From: Prevotella sp.
Lineage (GTDB): Bacteria > Bacteroidota > Bacteroidia > Bacteroidales > Bacteroidaceae
Length of the DNA: 64,000 nt
Direction of reading: 5' to 3'
NCBI GenBank assembly: GCA_024682415.1
Contig: JAIKZG010000015.1
Location: 3,519-67,518 of the forward strand
The first letter of the stretch is position 1. Each line of letters begins with the position of its first letter. The notes beneath the pieces are model-generated. The model was not told the origin of the DNA and did no database searches. It saw only the letters and a program-made list of their open reading frames with translations. Below are positions 1-11,414 of this stretch, one piece after another. Position numbers and translations under genes: made by a program.

Positions 1-940
1 CCCAATATTTCATCGACTCTATGATGAATTTCCTCATCATGGGTTGCTCGCTTGCCGTTTCGTTGCCGCATCCTGAGCCGTTGGAATATTCACCTTTGTC
101 GTTCTTGCGGAAGAAATAGTCGGGATAGGTGAGCTGAAAGCTGCTGCCCTCGATGTTGTAAGTGTGATTATATACCACGTCCATTATCACCCTTATTCCG
201 TTTCGGTGCAGTTCCTGCACCATCTCCTTAAACTCCTTTATGCGCACGGCAGGATTATAAGGATATGTGGAATAAGAGCCTTCGGGCACGTTATAGTTGA
301 GAGGATCGTAGCCCCAATTGTATTGCGCGTTTTCGTTAGCTTCATCCACCGATGCGAAGTCGAAAGATGGTTGCAGATGCACGGCATTCACGCCAAGAGT
401 TTTCAGATGGGCTATTGCTTCAGGTTCTATCAGCGAGAGAAATTTGCCTGTACGCTTTATTCCCGAACTCTTGTCTACAGAGAAATCCCTTAGATGAAGT
501 TCATATATAATGAGGTCGGCAGGGCTTTTCAGTTGAGGCTTTTTGTCGAAAGCCCATCCCGAAGGGTTTGTGCCAGCCATATTGATGATGGCAGCTCGTC
601 TGCCATTTATTCCCACGGCTTTGGCGAATATTCCGGGCGTTTCCTTCGGGTGACGGTTGTCGCCCGAAATATCAAATGTGTAGAACAGGTGCATCAGATT
701 GCCTTTCACTACCGCCTGCCATGTGTCTTTGGCGGTGAGCTTCATCTTTACCTTTTTAACAGGCTTTCCGCCCTCACCATCATTGTATATCCTCACTACT
801 ACGCTCTTCGCCGTGCTTGGGGCGAAGAGTTTAAAGGTAGTTGCCTGTGGAGTATAGGTCATCTCCTTGAAATCCTGTGCCGAGGCTTTTATGCCTGTGG
901 CTGAAAGAACTGTGGCAAGGAGTATATTCATTATCTTCAT
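1..940 (-). CDS. pulA: Type I pullulanase (GH13), 3' end outside window; not in ORF track
   Basis: Manual translation from ATG at 940: MKIMNILLATVLSATGIKASAQDFKEMTYTPQATTFKLFAP..., with IYELHLRDFS, HLQPSFDFASVDE and YNWGYDPLNYNVPEGSYS motifs; downstream of the GH77 and GH97 genes. Confidence 0.9.
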   Translation of the reverse strand, partial: MKIMNILLATVLSATGIKASAQDFKEMTYTPQATTFKLFAPSTAKSVVVRIYNDGEGGKPVKKVKMKLTAKDTWQAVVKGNLMHLFYTFDISGDNRHPKETPGIFAKAVGINGRRAAIINMAGTNPSGWAFDKKPQLKSPADLIIYELHLRDFSVDKSSGIKRTGKFLSLIEPEAIAHLKTLGVNAVHLQPSFDFASVDEANENAQYNWGYDPLNYNVPEGSYSTYPYNPAVRIKEFKEMVQELHRNGIRVIMDVVYNHTYNIEGSSFQLTYPDYFFRKNDKGEYSNGSGCGNETASEQPMMRKFIIESMKYW

Positions 941-995
941 TTATTGTTTTTATGATGTTTTTTTAAAAGAAAACGCATAACAGCGCCCATTTATT

Positions 996-3137
<2,142 letters not shown>

Positions 3138-3172
3138 TTATTATTTAGTTTTCGATAATTTTTTTGTTCTTG

Positions 3173-5875
3173 TCAGAAAGTCTTTCTTCCGCTTTCATAC
3201 ACCAGCTCTTTTATGGTGCTCACCAGTTCCTTGTTCTCCATCATGTCTTCTATATTGAGGTGCATGCGGTATCGCCAATAGTGGCGAGGATTGGCTGGAA
3301 TGTTGATGCGTTCGGCGTTGGCGTCTTCAAGTCTTAGGCTCTCGTCGATAGCGAGCCAGTCTTGTAAACTTAGTATGCAGAGCATCGACGGACTTGTGAG
3401 ATGTCTTGACACGATATCCTTTGCGAGCCATCCCGGCAGTGGGTGAGGGGCTGGCCCTTCTCTGTAAAGCATATTATTGTAATAATCCTGAGTGCGCTCC
3501 CAGTCTTCATCCCACCATTGTCTTAGCGTAGGCATATCGTGAGAGCTTATCGTGCAGACAGATCGGTAAGGGTTGCGCGACAGATGACCGAAGCGGTCGT
3601 GAGGATCTTTAGGCATTGACTGTATCTCCAATGAGAGAATGCGTTCTTCCTCCATCACCCATGGCACGCAGTCGGGCACCATTCCCAAATCTTCCGCGCA
3701 GACGAGCATTCTCGTAGCCTGCACCAGTCGGGGCAGCTTCTTCATCGCCTCTCTGTACCAGAATTGATTGTTGCGACGATAATAGTAGTCATTGTATATC
3801 TTGTTGAACGCAGCCTTGTCTGCGTCCCACAAAGCTTCATACATGAAATCGAGCTGTGCCGTTATCCTTGGGTGGAATTTGTTCGGGTCGTTGATGTCAC
3901 GAATAAACAGCACATCGCTCACCAAAGCGTAAAGCCCATCTCTCACCCAGATGTCTTCTTCCGAAGTCTTGCCCTTGAAGAATGATTCTATCTTGCGCTG
4001 AGTGTCAAATTCCGGCTTCATGTCGTAGATGTCGTCATGGCTGTGTTGCAGAAATTTCTCCTTCACATAGTTTGCGTGAGGACCGAACACTCTGTCTACA
4101 ATCCAGTCGGCAATGAATGGGCGTGTGAACAACTCTTCCTGGAATTTCAGTCCGTAGGCTTCTATTTCTTCGCGCGTCATGCCGAGGGCGGGGGCAAACT
4201 GTCCCAACAGTCCGTGAACGGAGTTAAGAGGAATGCTCCATATACGGAAGAATCCCAATACATGGTCTATGCGGTAGGCATCGAAATAATGAGCCATATT
4301 GCGAAATCTTCTCACCCACCATGCGCAGTCGTCTTTCAGCATTTCCTCCCAGTTGTAGGTAGGAAATCCCCAGTTCTGACCATTTACGGAGAAAGCGTCG
4401 GGTGGAGCACCGGCCTGTGAGTTGAGGTTAAAATAGCGAGGCTCTGCCCAAACGTCGCAGCCGTTTCTGTTCACTCCGATTGGGATGTCGCCTTTCAGGA
4501 TTACGCCTTTCTTCTTGGCATAATCATGAGCGTCGCTCATTTGTTTGCACAGAATGAATTGCGCAAACAGGTAGAAAGCTATCTTCTTGTGCTCCGCGCT
4601 CTGTTCGTCGTTAAGCGTTGCTCTGTCGCTTTCATGCCATGTCTCGTGGCCTTGCCATGTGGCAAAATTAGCGTTGCCGTATTCATCTCTCAGCGTGCAA
4701 TATTGCGCGTATGGAATAAGCCATGAGTTGTTTTCTTTTACAAATAGTCTGTATTCATCGCTCTTCTCCGTCTTCGCTCCTTCCTGCTCGTAGAGAGCCA
4801 TCATGTATTCATGCTTCGCCTTGTTCACTTCCTCATAATCTATCTGGCTGAGGTCGTTTAGCTTTTTGCGCAATTCGTCGAAATGTTTGCGCAGGCGGAA
4901 GTTTTTCAGTTTAGGTAGCTGATTGAAGTCGGCATATTGAGGATGCAGAGCGAATATGCTTATGCAACTGTAAGGATAAGAGTCGGTCCATGTCTTTGTC
5001 GTTGTAGTGTCGTTTATCGGCAGCAGCTGAAGCACTCGCTGATTGGTTTTGGCAATGAAGTCTATCATCTTCTTCAAATCGCCGAAGTCGCCCACGCCGA
5101 AGCTGTCTTTTGAGCGTAGCGAGAATAGTGGCACGAGTGTGCCGGCGAGCTTAGCGTCATAAATAGGGAAATGAGCCTGGTCAAGTTCATATATTATCTC
5201 TTGTCCATTACTTATTTCGGGCAGAGTTATCGTTCTGTTTTCGCCCTCTTCCCACAGCGTGGTATGGTTTTCTTCATCAGTGGGAATTACGAATTTGAAT
5301 TCCGCCTTGTTGCCGTTTCTGTCGTCGTGAAGCATTTCCGCTTTCAGGCTCACCGTCCATTCGTTGTTGCTATGTTCCTTCATCGGAATAGCCTTTTGAG
5401 CGTTCCATGCTCCGAGGGCTTTCGTGCTGCCCACCAATGCTAATTTATGCTTGGCGTGGAGCTGTGGCGCGCGCACTTTCAGTGTCACCGTGCGCTGATA
5501 ATCTGTCGGTTGCGCATGGTGAGTTTTTCGGCGCTGTATGCAGTCGGTGAAAGCCGATGAATACAGATAGCTGTCGAGAGGAATATCGCTCCATTTGTCG
5601 TAAATGGTGATTACCTCCTTATGCTTTCCGTCTATTTCAGCCTTGTGGGGCGATACGAGCCATTCATGCCTTTCATCATTGCCGTTGCAATCTACGCTGT
5701 AATAATAGTCAATGGTGCGGCAGGTGTCATCATCGGTTTTTATGTGGCATTGCCAGTGCTCGCCGTCTTCCGTCTTCATGCGTAGCTGCGATGTGGAGTC
5801 ATTGCCACGCACGATGTTTACGATGAGTTCCTCGCCGAAAATGGTCTTATAGTTTATGTTGAAGAAGATATCCAT
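3173..5875 (-). CDS. malQ: 4-alpha-glucanotransferase (GH77) with N-terminal CBM20-like domains (DPE2 type)
   Basis: 900 aa; motifs GVGDFGDL, LQLLPINDT, KGDIPIGV, GAPPDAFS, RIDHVLGFFRIW, CAEDLG, ERINIPA. Confidence 0.93.
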   Translation of the reverse strand: MDIFFNINYKTIFGEELIVNIVRGNDSTSQLRMKTEDGEHWQCHIKTDDDTCRTIDYYYSVDCNGNDERHEWLVSPHKAEIDGKHKEVITIYDKWSDIPLDSYLYSSAFTDCIQRRKTHHAQPTDYQRTVTLKVRAPQLHAKHKLALVGSTKALGAWNAQKAIPMKEHSNNEWTVSLKAEMLHDDRNGNKAEFKFVIPTDEENHTTLWEEGENRTITLPEISNGQEIIYELDQAHFPIYDAKLAGTLVPLFSLRSKDSFGVGDFGDLKKMIDFIAKTNQRVLQLLPINDTTTTKTWTDSYPYSCISIFALHPQYADFNQLPKLKNFRLRKHFDELRKKLNDLSQIDYEEVNKAKHEYMMALYEQEGAKTEKSDEYRLFVKENNSWLIPYAQYCTLRDEYGNANFATWQGHETWHESDRATLNDEQSAEHKKIAFYLFAQFILCKQMSDAHDYAKKKGVILKGDIPIGVNRNGCDVWAEPRYFNLNSQAGAPPDAFSVNGQNWGFPTYNWEEMLKDDCAWWVRRFRNMAHYFDAYRIDHVLGFFRIWSIPLNSVHGLLGQFAPALGMTREEIEAYGLKFQEELFTRPFIADWIVDRVFGPHANYVKEKFLQHSHDDIYDMKPEFDTQRKIESFFKGKTSEEDIWVRDGLYALVSDVLFIRDINDPNKFHPRITAQLDFMYEALWDADKAAFNKIYNDYYYRRNNQFWYREAMKKLPRLVQATRMLVCAEDLGMVPDCVPWVMEEERILSLEIQSMPKDPHDRFGHLSRNPYRSVCTISSHDMPTLRQWWDEDWERTQDYYNNMLYREGPAPHPLPGWLAKDIVSRHLTSPSMLCILSLQDWLAIDESLRLEDANAERINIPANPRHYWRYRMHLNIEDMMENKELVSTIKELVYESGRKTF

Positions 5876-5998
5876 GCTGTTTTTATGTGTATCGTTGTTA
5901 ATATAAAAATTGTCTTAGTTTTTGCGTTTTGCATTGTAAAAGTAAGCATAAAGTATCAACATAAAGTTTGGAGTTTTGCAAAAATGGGCAAATCATAG

Positions 5999-6012
5999 TG
6001 CAAACGTTTGCA
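5999..6012. promoter_or_regulatory. LacI-family (MalR-like) operator
   Basis: Perfect 14-bp palindrome TGCAAACGTTTGCA with central CG, about 125 bp upstream of the malQ-susB-pulA operon. Confidence 0.7.
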
Positions 6013-6024
6013 TTTCTCGGGCAT

Positions 6025-6115
6025 AAAAAAAGCGACGACCTTCACAGGCTACCGCTCCAAATCTTCAATAGGTATTAGTCTCCTTTAAGGTAAAAAGATT
6101 GTTTTCAGGATAACA
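6025..6115 (-). ncRNA. Candidate small RNA (~90 nt)
   Basis: Bacteroidetes promoter TTTG (6150-6147), 19-bp spacer, TACATTTG (6127-6120); ends in hairpin AGCGGTAGCCTGTGAAGGTCGTCGCT plus U-tract; no annotated ORF. Confidence 0.55.
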
Positions 6116-6380
6116 CTTGCAAATGTACCGTTTTTTTTGGTTCTTACAAATTTTTTTCATTAATATTTTTAGAAAAATGTATTTTTCATATATCAAAAAG
6201 CGTCTATTTGTTTTTTTTAACTTATTTAGTGTCGCTTTTTGTTAAAGTATTATTCGCTTAGCGCGCAATATATTATAATGTACATATTCCCGAAACAGTT
6301 CTTTTGTAATCAAAAAAACTATCTCGGGAATATGCCGTTTTTTTCGTTCCGTTATTCCTTAATAAACCAGATTTTTATTC

Positions 6381-6818
6381 TCAGTGCATCGCCACTATCA
6401 TGGCTGCCTTTTGCAGAGCTTTCTGAAAAAAGTTAAGCTCTTTTGCCTTGTAAGCGGAGATTTCAGCGTTCAGAAATTCCGTGTCGTGGCGGTAGCGGTT
6501 GATGTATTCATCAAAAGTAAGGCTGTCGGTACACGAATGAAGCATTTCAAGGAATGTTGCAGTGTCGGTTTCGAGTATCGCCACCATATCGCTCATCTGG
6601 AGGCATCTTATGTCAAACAGATGCTCATCCACAATCACGCGTCGCATTCTGTCGTAGAGGTTTCTGCATTCCTCGTATCTATTCTCGCCCTCTGTAGATG
6701 GCTCTTTCTTGCGCGCCTTTATAAAACCCAGCTTGGAACGTTTTTTGTTTTTCTTTTCGTTTACATTGACTACAGCACCAGCGCTGTCGTATGTTCTTAA
6801 CACAATATTACAACCCAT
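6381..6818 (-). CDS. Hypothetical protein with a degenerate partial AraC-type HTH
   Basis: 145 aa; segment LYDRMRRVIVDEHLF...LTFDEYINRYR resembles the first half of Bacteroidetes AraC C-terminal domains. Confidence 0.5.
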   Translation of the reverse strand: MGCNIVLRTYDSAGAVVNVNEKKNKKRSKLGFIKARKKEPSTEGENRYEECRNLYDRMRRVIVDEHLFDIRCLQMSDMVAILETDTATFLEMLHSCTDSLTFDEYINRYRHDTEFLNAEISAYKAKELNFFQKALQKAAMIVAMH

Positions 6819-7125
6819 AATATATATATTTAAAGTCTTTTGTTGATATGTAATGTCTTATTATATAGTTAGTTATAAGTTACTTTTCTCTCCGCTCAAA
6901 TTTTTCTATATATAGTAGTTATATATAATGGTGACCGTGTCTGTGTGTTCTCTTTCAATGTTATAGTTTTGTAGAGAAAATAACTTTACCACAAAAGATA
7001 TGGCAGCACAAGCATATAAAGGTTATGTTATATGCCCATGCTGCCATGTCTAAAATATTATTTCTTTATTATCATTCTTCTTCATATAATTCCGTGTCGG
7101 TGTGTATTCTTTTTCCCGACTCTTA

Positions 7126-8568
7126 TCAGTTCCTCTTCGGCAAGTGGAAGCTGTAAGTCTTTTCGAATACGTCGCCCACGCGATTTATCTCAAGGAATGT
7201 CGCTCCTCCGCCTTCTCCGAAGCTACCGCTGATGTATGCAATCTTGTTGTCAGGCTCTATGTAGCCTTTCTGGCGAAGCATTCTCAATGCGGCGATGAAG
7301 AGGTATTGGTTAGACACATGGTCTTTCTGATGTATTGGAATTACGCCGTAGCTGAGGTTGAGCCAGCGTTGCGTCTTTTCCTTGTAGCATATCGCGAGGA
7401 TAGGCGTAGGGCCACGGAACGAGGCGAGGTTGCGTGCCATCTGTCCTGTCTCAGAGTCGGTGATAATGCCTGCCACGCCCAGTTTCTCTGTAGCTTCGAT
7501 AGCAGAGTGGGCGAGGAACTCCTTCTGAGAGCATCCCTTTGAAATGCTTGTCGAAACATCCTGATTGCGCTGGCGGTCTTTTTCTGCCTGCTCAGCTATG
7601 CGCGCCATTGTCTTTACGCAGTCGAAAGGATATTTGCCTTGTGCTGTCTCGCCCGAAAGCATGAGAGCGTCGGTGCCTGAGAATACGGCATTGGCGATGT
7701 CAGTAACCTCGGCACGTGTAGGGCGAGGATTGTTTATCATCGTGTGAAGCATTTGTGTTGCCACGATTACAGGCTTGTGGGCAGCGATACATTTCTTTAT
7801 AATGCGATTCTGTATGCCAGGTATCTCTTCCATTGGGATTTCTATTCCGAGGTCGCCACGAGCAATCATGATACCATAAGAAGCCTCAATGATTTCGTCT
7901 ATGTTGTCTACGCCCTCCTGATTCTCAATCTTTGAGATAATCTTGATGTCAGAGCCACGGGCGTCGAGCATTTTCTGCACTTCCTGCACGTCGGCAGCAG
8001 AGCGCACGAAGCTGTGGGCTATGAAGTCGATGTCGTAGTCTATCGCGAAGTTGATGTTAGAGCGGTCTTTCTCCGTGAGTGCAGGTAGCTGAATGTGCTC
8101 ACCAGGAATATTCACGCTCTTATGAGGACCGAGCACGCCTTCGTTTTCCACGCGGGCTATAAGCATCGGGCCTACATTCTCCATCACCGTCAGAGCGAGA
8201 GAGCCGTCGTCGATAAGGATGCGGTCGCCCACTTTCACGTCTTTCGTGATGTCTGAATAAGAAACATTAATAATGTCGTGAGAAGTTTCCATCTCAGGTC
8301 TGCCGAATATTTTCACCACGTCGCCCTCCTTATATTTTATAGGCTCAGCCACATCGGTGGTGCGCACCTCAGGGCCTTTAGTGTCGATAAGAATACCAAT
8401 GTGCGGAGAAACGGCACGGGTGTTGTTGATAATCTTTGTCATTCCCTCTCTTGTGCCGTGAGCGGTGTTCATTCTCACCACGTTCATTCCGGCAAAGAAT
8501 AGCTTTCGGATGAAATCCTCCTCGCAGCGTAAGTCGCTGACGCTGCAGACAATTTTAGTTTGTTTCAT
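7126..8568 (-). CDS. pyk: Pyruvate kinase
   Basis: Motifs GMNVVRMNTAHG, DTKGPEVRT, ISKIEN, MIARGDLG, ATQML, PRPTRAEVTD, MLSGETA. Confidence 0.97.
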   Translation of the reverse strand: MKQTKIVCSVSDLRCEEDFIRKLFFAGMNVVRMNTAHGTREGMTKIINNTRAVSPHIGILIDTKGPEVRTTDVAEPIKYKEGDVVKIFGRPEMETSHDIINVSYSDITKDVKVGDRILIDDGSLALTVMENVGPMLIARVENEGVLGPHKSVNIPGEHIQLPALTEKDRSNINFAIDYDIDFIAHSFVRSAADVQEVQKMLDARGSDIKIISKIENQEGVDNIDEIIEASYGIMIARGDLGIEIPMEEIPGIQNRIIKKCIAAHKPVIVATQMLHTMINNPRPTRAEVTDIANAVFSGTDALMLSGETAQGKYPFDCVKTMARIAEQAEKDRQRNQDVSTSISKGCSQKEFLAHSAIEATEKLGVAGIITDSETGQMARNLASFRGPTPILAICYKEKTQRWLNLSYGVIPIHQKDHVSNQYLFIAALRMLRQKGYIEPDNKIAYISGSFGEGGGATFLEINRVGDVFEKTYSFHLPKRN

Positions 8569-8807
8569 TATATTTTATGTAAAAATACCTCTGATTTTGT
8601 ATAGCGTTATGTTTCTTGTGGAAACATCTGTTCGTATGCAAAGGTAGTATATTTATGGCTTATTTACAAAGATTTTATGGTTCTTTTGTTTCTGTCGTTG
8701 TGTGTAATTTACGGAAAAATGAGTAACTTCGCCACGAAATTTGTTTTACTTCGCTGAAGTTATTCGCATTCTGCAATTTCATAATTAACTAAAACTAAAC
8801 AAGAATA

Positions 8808-9164
8808 ATGAAACTAAAAACAATCGCCGTCGTACTTTTTGCGGTGCTTACGTTCATGGCGCAGACTGCCATGGCGAAAGGAAAAAACGTAGTGTGGGAA
8901 CATCCCGCTACGGAAGAGAACATAAATATTGAGGGATATTTCGTTACGTTGCTCGAGATTACTCGTGTGGAATTTGCCGATGAGGAAACGCGCGTCGCGA
9001 TGCACGTCGCTCAACGACCTGATAACGACTTGTAGTTTGTAAAGGAAATTCATCTTTTGGCAGATGGTAAACGCTATGCCGTGCGGAGCTGTGACGGAAT
9101 AGAATTAAACAAGCCGACATTTCTCACCAACCACGGACAGGCAGACGTGGTGTTTCATTTTTAA
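8808..9164 (+). pseudogene. 5' remnant of a secreted protein (resembles the N-terminus of Prevotella TlpA/redoxin-family proteins)
   Basis: Signal peptide; in-frame TAG at 9033-9035, then coding-like frame continues (FVKEIHLLADGKRYAVRSCDGIELNKPTFLTNHGQADVVFHF) to TAA at 9162-9164 inside the first repeat unit. Confidence 0.65.
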
Positions 9165-9661
9165 GATTTTCTTGCAGAGTTGTGCAGCGAAATCTTCATT
9201 TTAGGATTAGTCTGCAGAGTTGTGCAGCGAAATCTTCGTTTTAGGATTTTCTTGCAGAGTTGTACGGTGAAATTTTCATTTTAGGATTTGTGTGTAGAGT
9301 TGTGCAGCGAAATCTTCGTTTTAGGATTTGTCTGTAGAGTTGTGCAGCGAAATCTTTATTTTAGGATTTGTCTGTAGAGTTGTGTAGCGAAATCTCATTT
9401 TTAGGATTTCTCTGCAGAGTTGTGCAGCTAAATCTTCATTTTAGGATTTGTCTGTAGAGTTGTGTAGTGAAATCTTCGTTTTAGGATTTGTCTGTAGAGT
9501 TGTGCAGCGAAATCTTCGTTTTAAGATTTGTCTGTAGAGTTGTGTGGCTAAATCTTTATTTTAGGATTTGTCTGTAGAGTTGTGCAGCGAAATCTTCATT
9601 TTAGGATTTTCTTGTAGAGTTGTGTGGCGAAATCTTCGTTTTAAGATTTTTTGCAGAGTTA
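9155..9661. repeat. Tandem array A: 40-bp unit, 12 full copies plus a partial
   Basis: Consensus TTAGGATTTGTCTGTAGAGTTGTGCAGCGAAATCTTCRTT; units start at 9161, 9201 ... 9601, partial at 9641; junction hairpin AAATCT-TCATTTT-AGGATTT. Confidence 0.97.
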
Positions 9662-9669
9662 TAAATGAG

Positions 9670-9709
9670 CAGAGCGGCATTCTCGTGATGAGAGTGCCGC
9701 TCTGTTTTT
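9670..9709 (+). terminator. Intrinsic terminator
   Basis: CAGAGCGGCATTCTC-gtgat-GAGAGTGCCGCTCTG followed by TTTTT; between array A and the convergent UDG gene. Confidence 0.8.
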
Positions 9710-9759
9710 CTTTGTTGTATTCTTCAATACGAAATTGAAACTTCGTTATGCTGATACCT

Positions 9760-10338
9760 TTATAGTATCTCCTCAAACATCTTGCGATAATATTCCGCTT
9801 TCTTTTCTGCCTTGATAGGGTAGGCGCGCGAGGTGCTTGGCATTCTGTATAGACGCAGAGTCCTGCCCTCAAAAGTAAATTCGGCATATTGTCCCATTTC
9901 TGGTTTCTCAGTAATGCCGAAATGCTCGGTAAACACTTTCGTGGCAAGCTGCCCAGCAGTGAGAACAGCTTTGCAGTCGCCCAATTCATGAAGCAAAGCA
10001 TCAAGGTCGGTGGCTTCCACTATCTCCAAATCCTTGTCGGAAGCTGTGCCGGTGGTGCGACGTATGCGACGTGCCGTGTCGGAAATGGCGACACCTTTCT
10101 CGGCAAGAAATGCTTTTAGGTCGTCAAGAAAGAATGTCTTATGCTCGGTATTAACAAAGTGGTTTTTATCACCGAAGAAGACAATGCCGAATATGCGCCA
10201 CATGTCGTTTTGAAAGTTGGGGTAATAAAACTCCATGCACCACCGCTTGGGAGTGGCGGGAAACGTGCCTAACATTAACAATTTCGCACCCTTCGGAAGG
10301 AAAGGTGCGAAAGGATGAGTCTCTATTTCAATACTCAT
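9760..10338 (-). CDS. Uracil-DNA glycosylase superfamily protein
   Basis: Likely start MSIEIETHPF at 10338; motifs LMLGTFP, FYYPNFQNDMWRI, MPSTSRA. Confidence 0.85.
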   Translation of the reverse strand: MSIEIETHPFAPFLPKGAKLLMLGTFPATPKRWCMEFYYPNFQNDMWRIFGIVFFGDKNHFVNTEHKTFFLDDLKAFLAEKGVAISDTARRIRRTTGTASDKDLEIVEATDLDALLHELGDCKAVLTAGQLATKVFTEHFGITEKPEMGQYAEFTFEGRTLRLYRMPSTSRAYPIKAEKKAEYYRKMFEEIL

Positions 10339-10360
10339 AATATCTTCTTTTATATAAGGA

Positions 10361-10960
10361 CTATAATTCCTGCAGACGAGCAATATATTTGCCCAGAATG
10401 TCGAACTCAAGATTTACCACGCTGCCCTCCTTGATGTCGCAGAAGTTGGTGTTCTCTCTTGTGTAAGGAATGATAGCCACGGTGAAAGAGTCAAGACTTG
10501 GATTGATGACGGTGAGCGAAACGCCGTTTACGGTGATAGAACCCTTGTCTACGGCAAAATATCCGCGCTTTGCCATGGCTCTGTCTACGTCGTATTTGAA
10601 TGTGAAATAAGTAGAGCCGTCGGCGTCCTTAGTTTCCACGCATCTGCCTGTGGTGTCTACATGGCCTTGCACGATATGGCCGTCGAGCCTGCCGTTCATA
10701 AGCATTGAGCGCTCAATGTTTACCTTGTCGCCCTCTTTGAGTAGTCCAAGATTAGAGCGGTCGAGAGTCTCCTTCATGGCGGTGACGGTGTATGTGTCGC
10801 CATCGATGGAAACTACGGTGAGGCACACTCCGTTGTGGGCTATGCTTTGGTCTATTTTCAGCTCATTGGTGAATGAGCATCTGAGGGTTAAGTCTAAATT
10901 AGATTGATATTTTCTCAAGGCAACGACTGTTGCCATTTCTTCTACGATACCTGAGAACAT
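10361..10960 (-). CDS. ribE: Riboflavin synthase (alpha chain)
   Basis: N-terminus MFSGIVEE; NGVCLTV, RLDGHIVQGHVD, KGSITVNGVSLTV, VNLEFDILGKY. Confidence 0.96.
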   Translation of the reverse strand: MFSGIVEEMATVVALRKYQSNLDLTLRCSFTNELKIDQSIAHNGVCLTVVSIDGDTYTVTAMKETLDRSNLGLLKEGDKVNIERSMLMNGRLDGHIVQGHVDTTGRCVETKDADGSTYFTFKYDVDRAMAKRGYFAVDKGSITVNGVSLTVINPSLDSFTVAIIPYTRENTNFCDIKEGSVVNLEFDILGKYIARLQEL

Positions 10961-11046
10961 AATATTATTTTTGAATTATGAATGATGAATTTTGAAACCT
11001 ATTAATAAATATGTGTATCTTCAAAATTCGATGTTTGCGTTTTAAT

Positions 11047-11259
11047 AAAAATGGGGCTGAAGGATGATGTGATGAAAACTCCGAGTTAAGTAAGATTTGA
11101 GGGCTCTCCGCCTTTGTAATCCACCGGTCGTTGCGACTTAGTTCCTGCAAGCAGAAATTTTATATGGCCCGCCATTGGCAAGAGAAGCTGTCTCGGTAAT
11201 TGTAATTATTGATGAGTATCCCTATCGAATCGCATCAGCCCCAATAGCTTTTCCTTTCT
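11047..11259 (-). ncRNA. ssrS: Probable 6S RNA (Bacteroidales-1-like motif)
   Basis: Promoter TTTG (11296-11293), 20-bp spacer, TAATTTTG (11272-11265); ~190-nt rod closed by TGGGGCTGA/TCAGCCCCA stem followed by a U-run; core GCGGGCCATATAAAATT...GGAACTAAGTCGCAACGACCGGTGG resembles the Bacteroidales-1 motif as I recall it (not searched). Confidence 0.65.
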
Positions 11260-11414
11260 AAGTGCAAAATTAGATATTTAAATTTTATCTTCCAAATAAA
11301 TGAGTGTCTAAAAATGGGATAAACATAATTTAATCGCTGCCGTAAATACTATTTGCCTAAATATTTGTATCTTTGCACGATTATTTTTAGAAAATAACAA
11401 TTACATATAATAAT

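Noticed and set aside
164-904. Two + strand ORFs (109 and 136 aa)
   Set aside because: Antisense shadows of the pullulanase gene.
9033-9035. In-frame TAG as read-through or recoding
   Set aside because: TAG is used as a normal stop elsewhere in the window and the gene is truncated anyway; pseudogenisation is the simpler explanation.
9155-9661. Array A as a CRISPR array (also considered for B and C)
   Set aside because: Units are contiguous and similar along their whole length, with no unique spacers, no leader and no cas genes in the window.
10961-11260. FMN riboswitch upstream of ribE, or tmRNA (5' GGGGCTGA start)
   Set aside because: No RFN motifs (AGGGCGGGGUGAAAUUCCCGACCGGCGG, UGGAUGGGAGAAG); too short for tmRNA and no T-arm/CCA 3' end.
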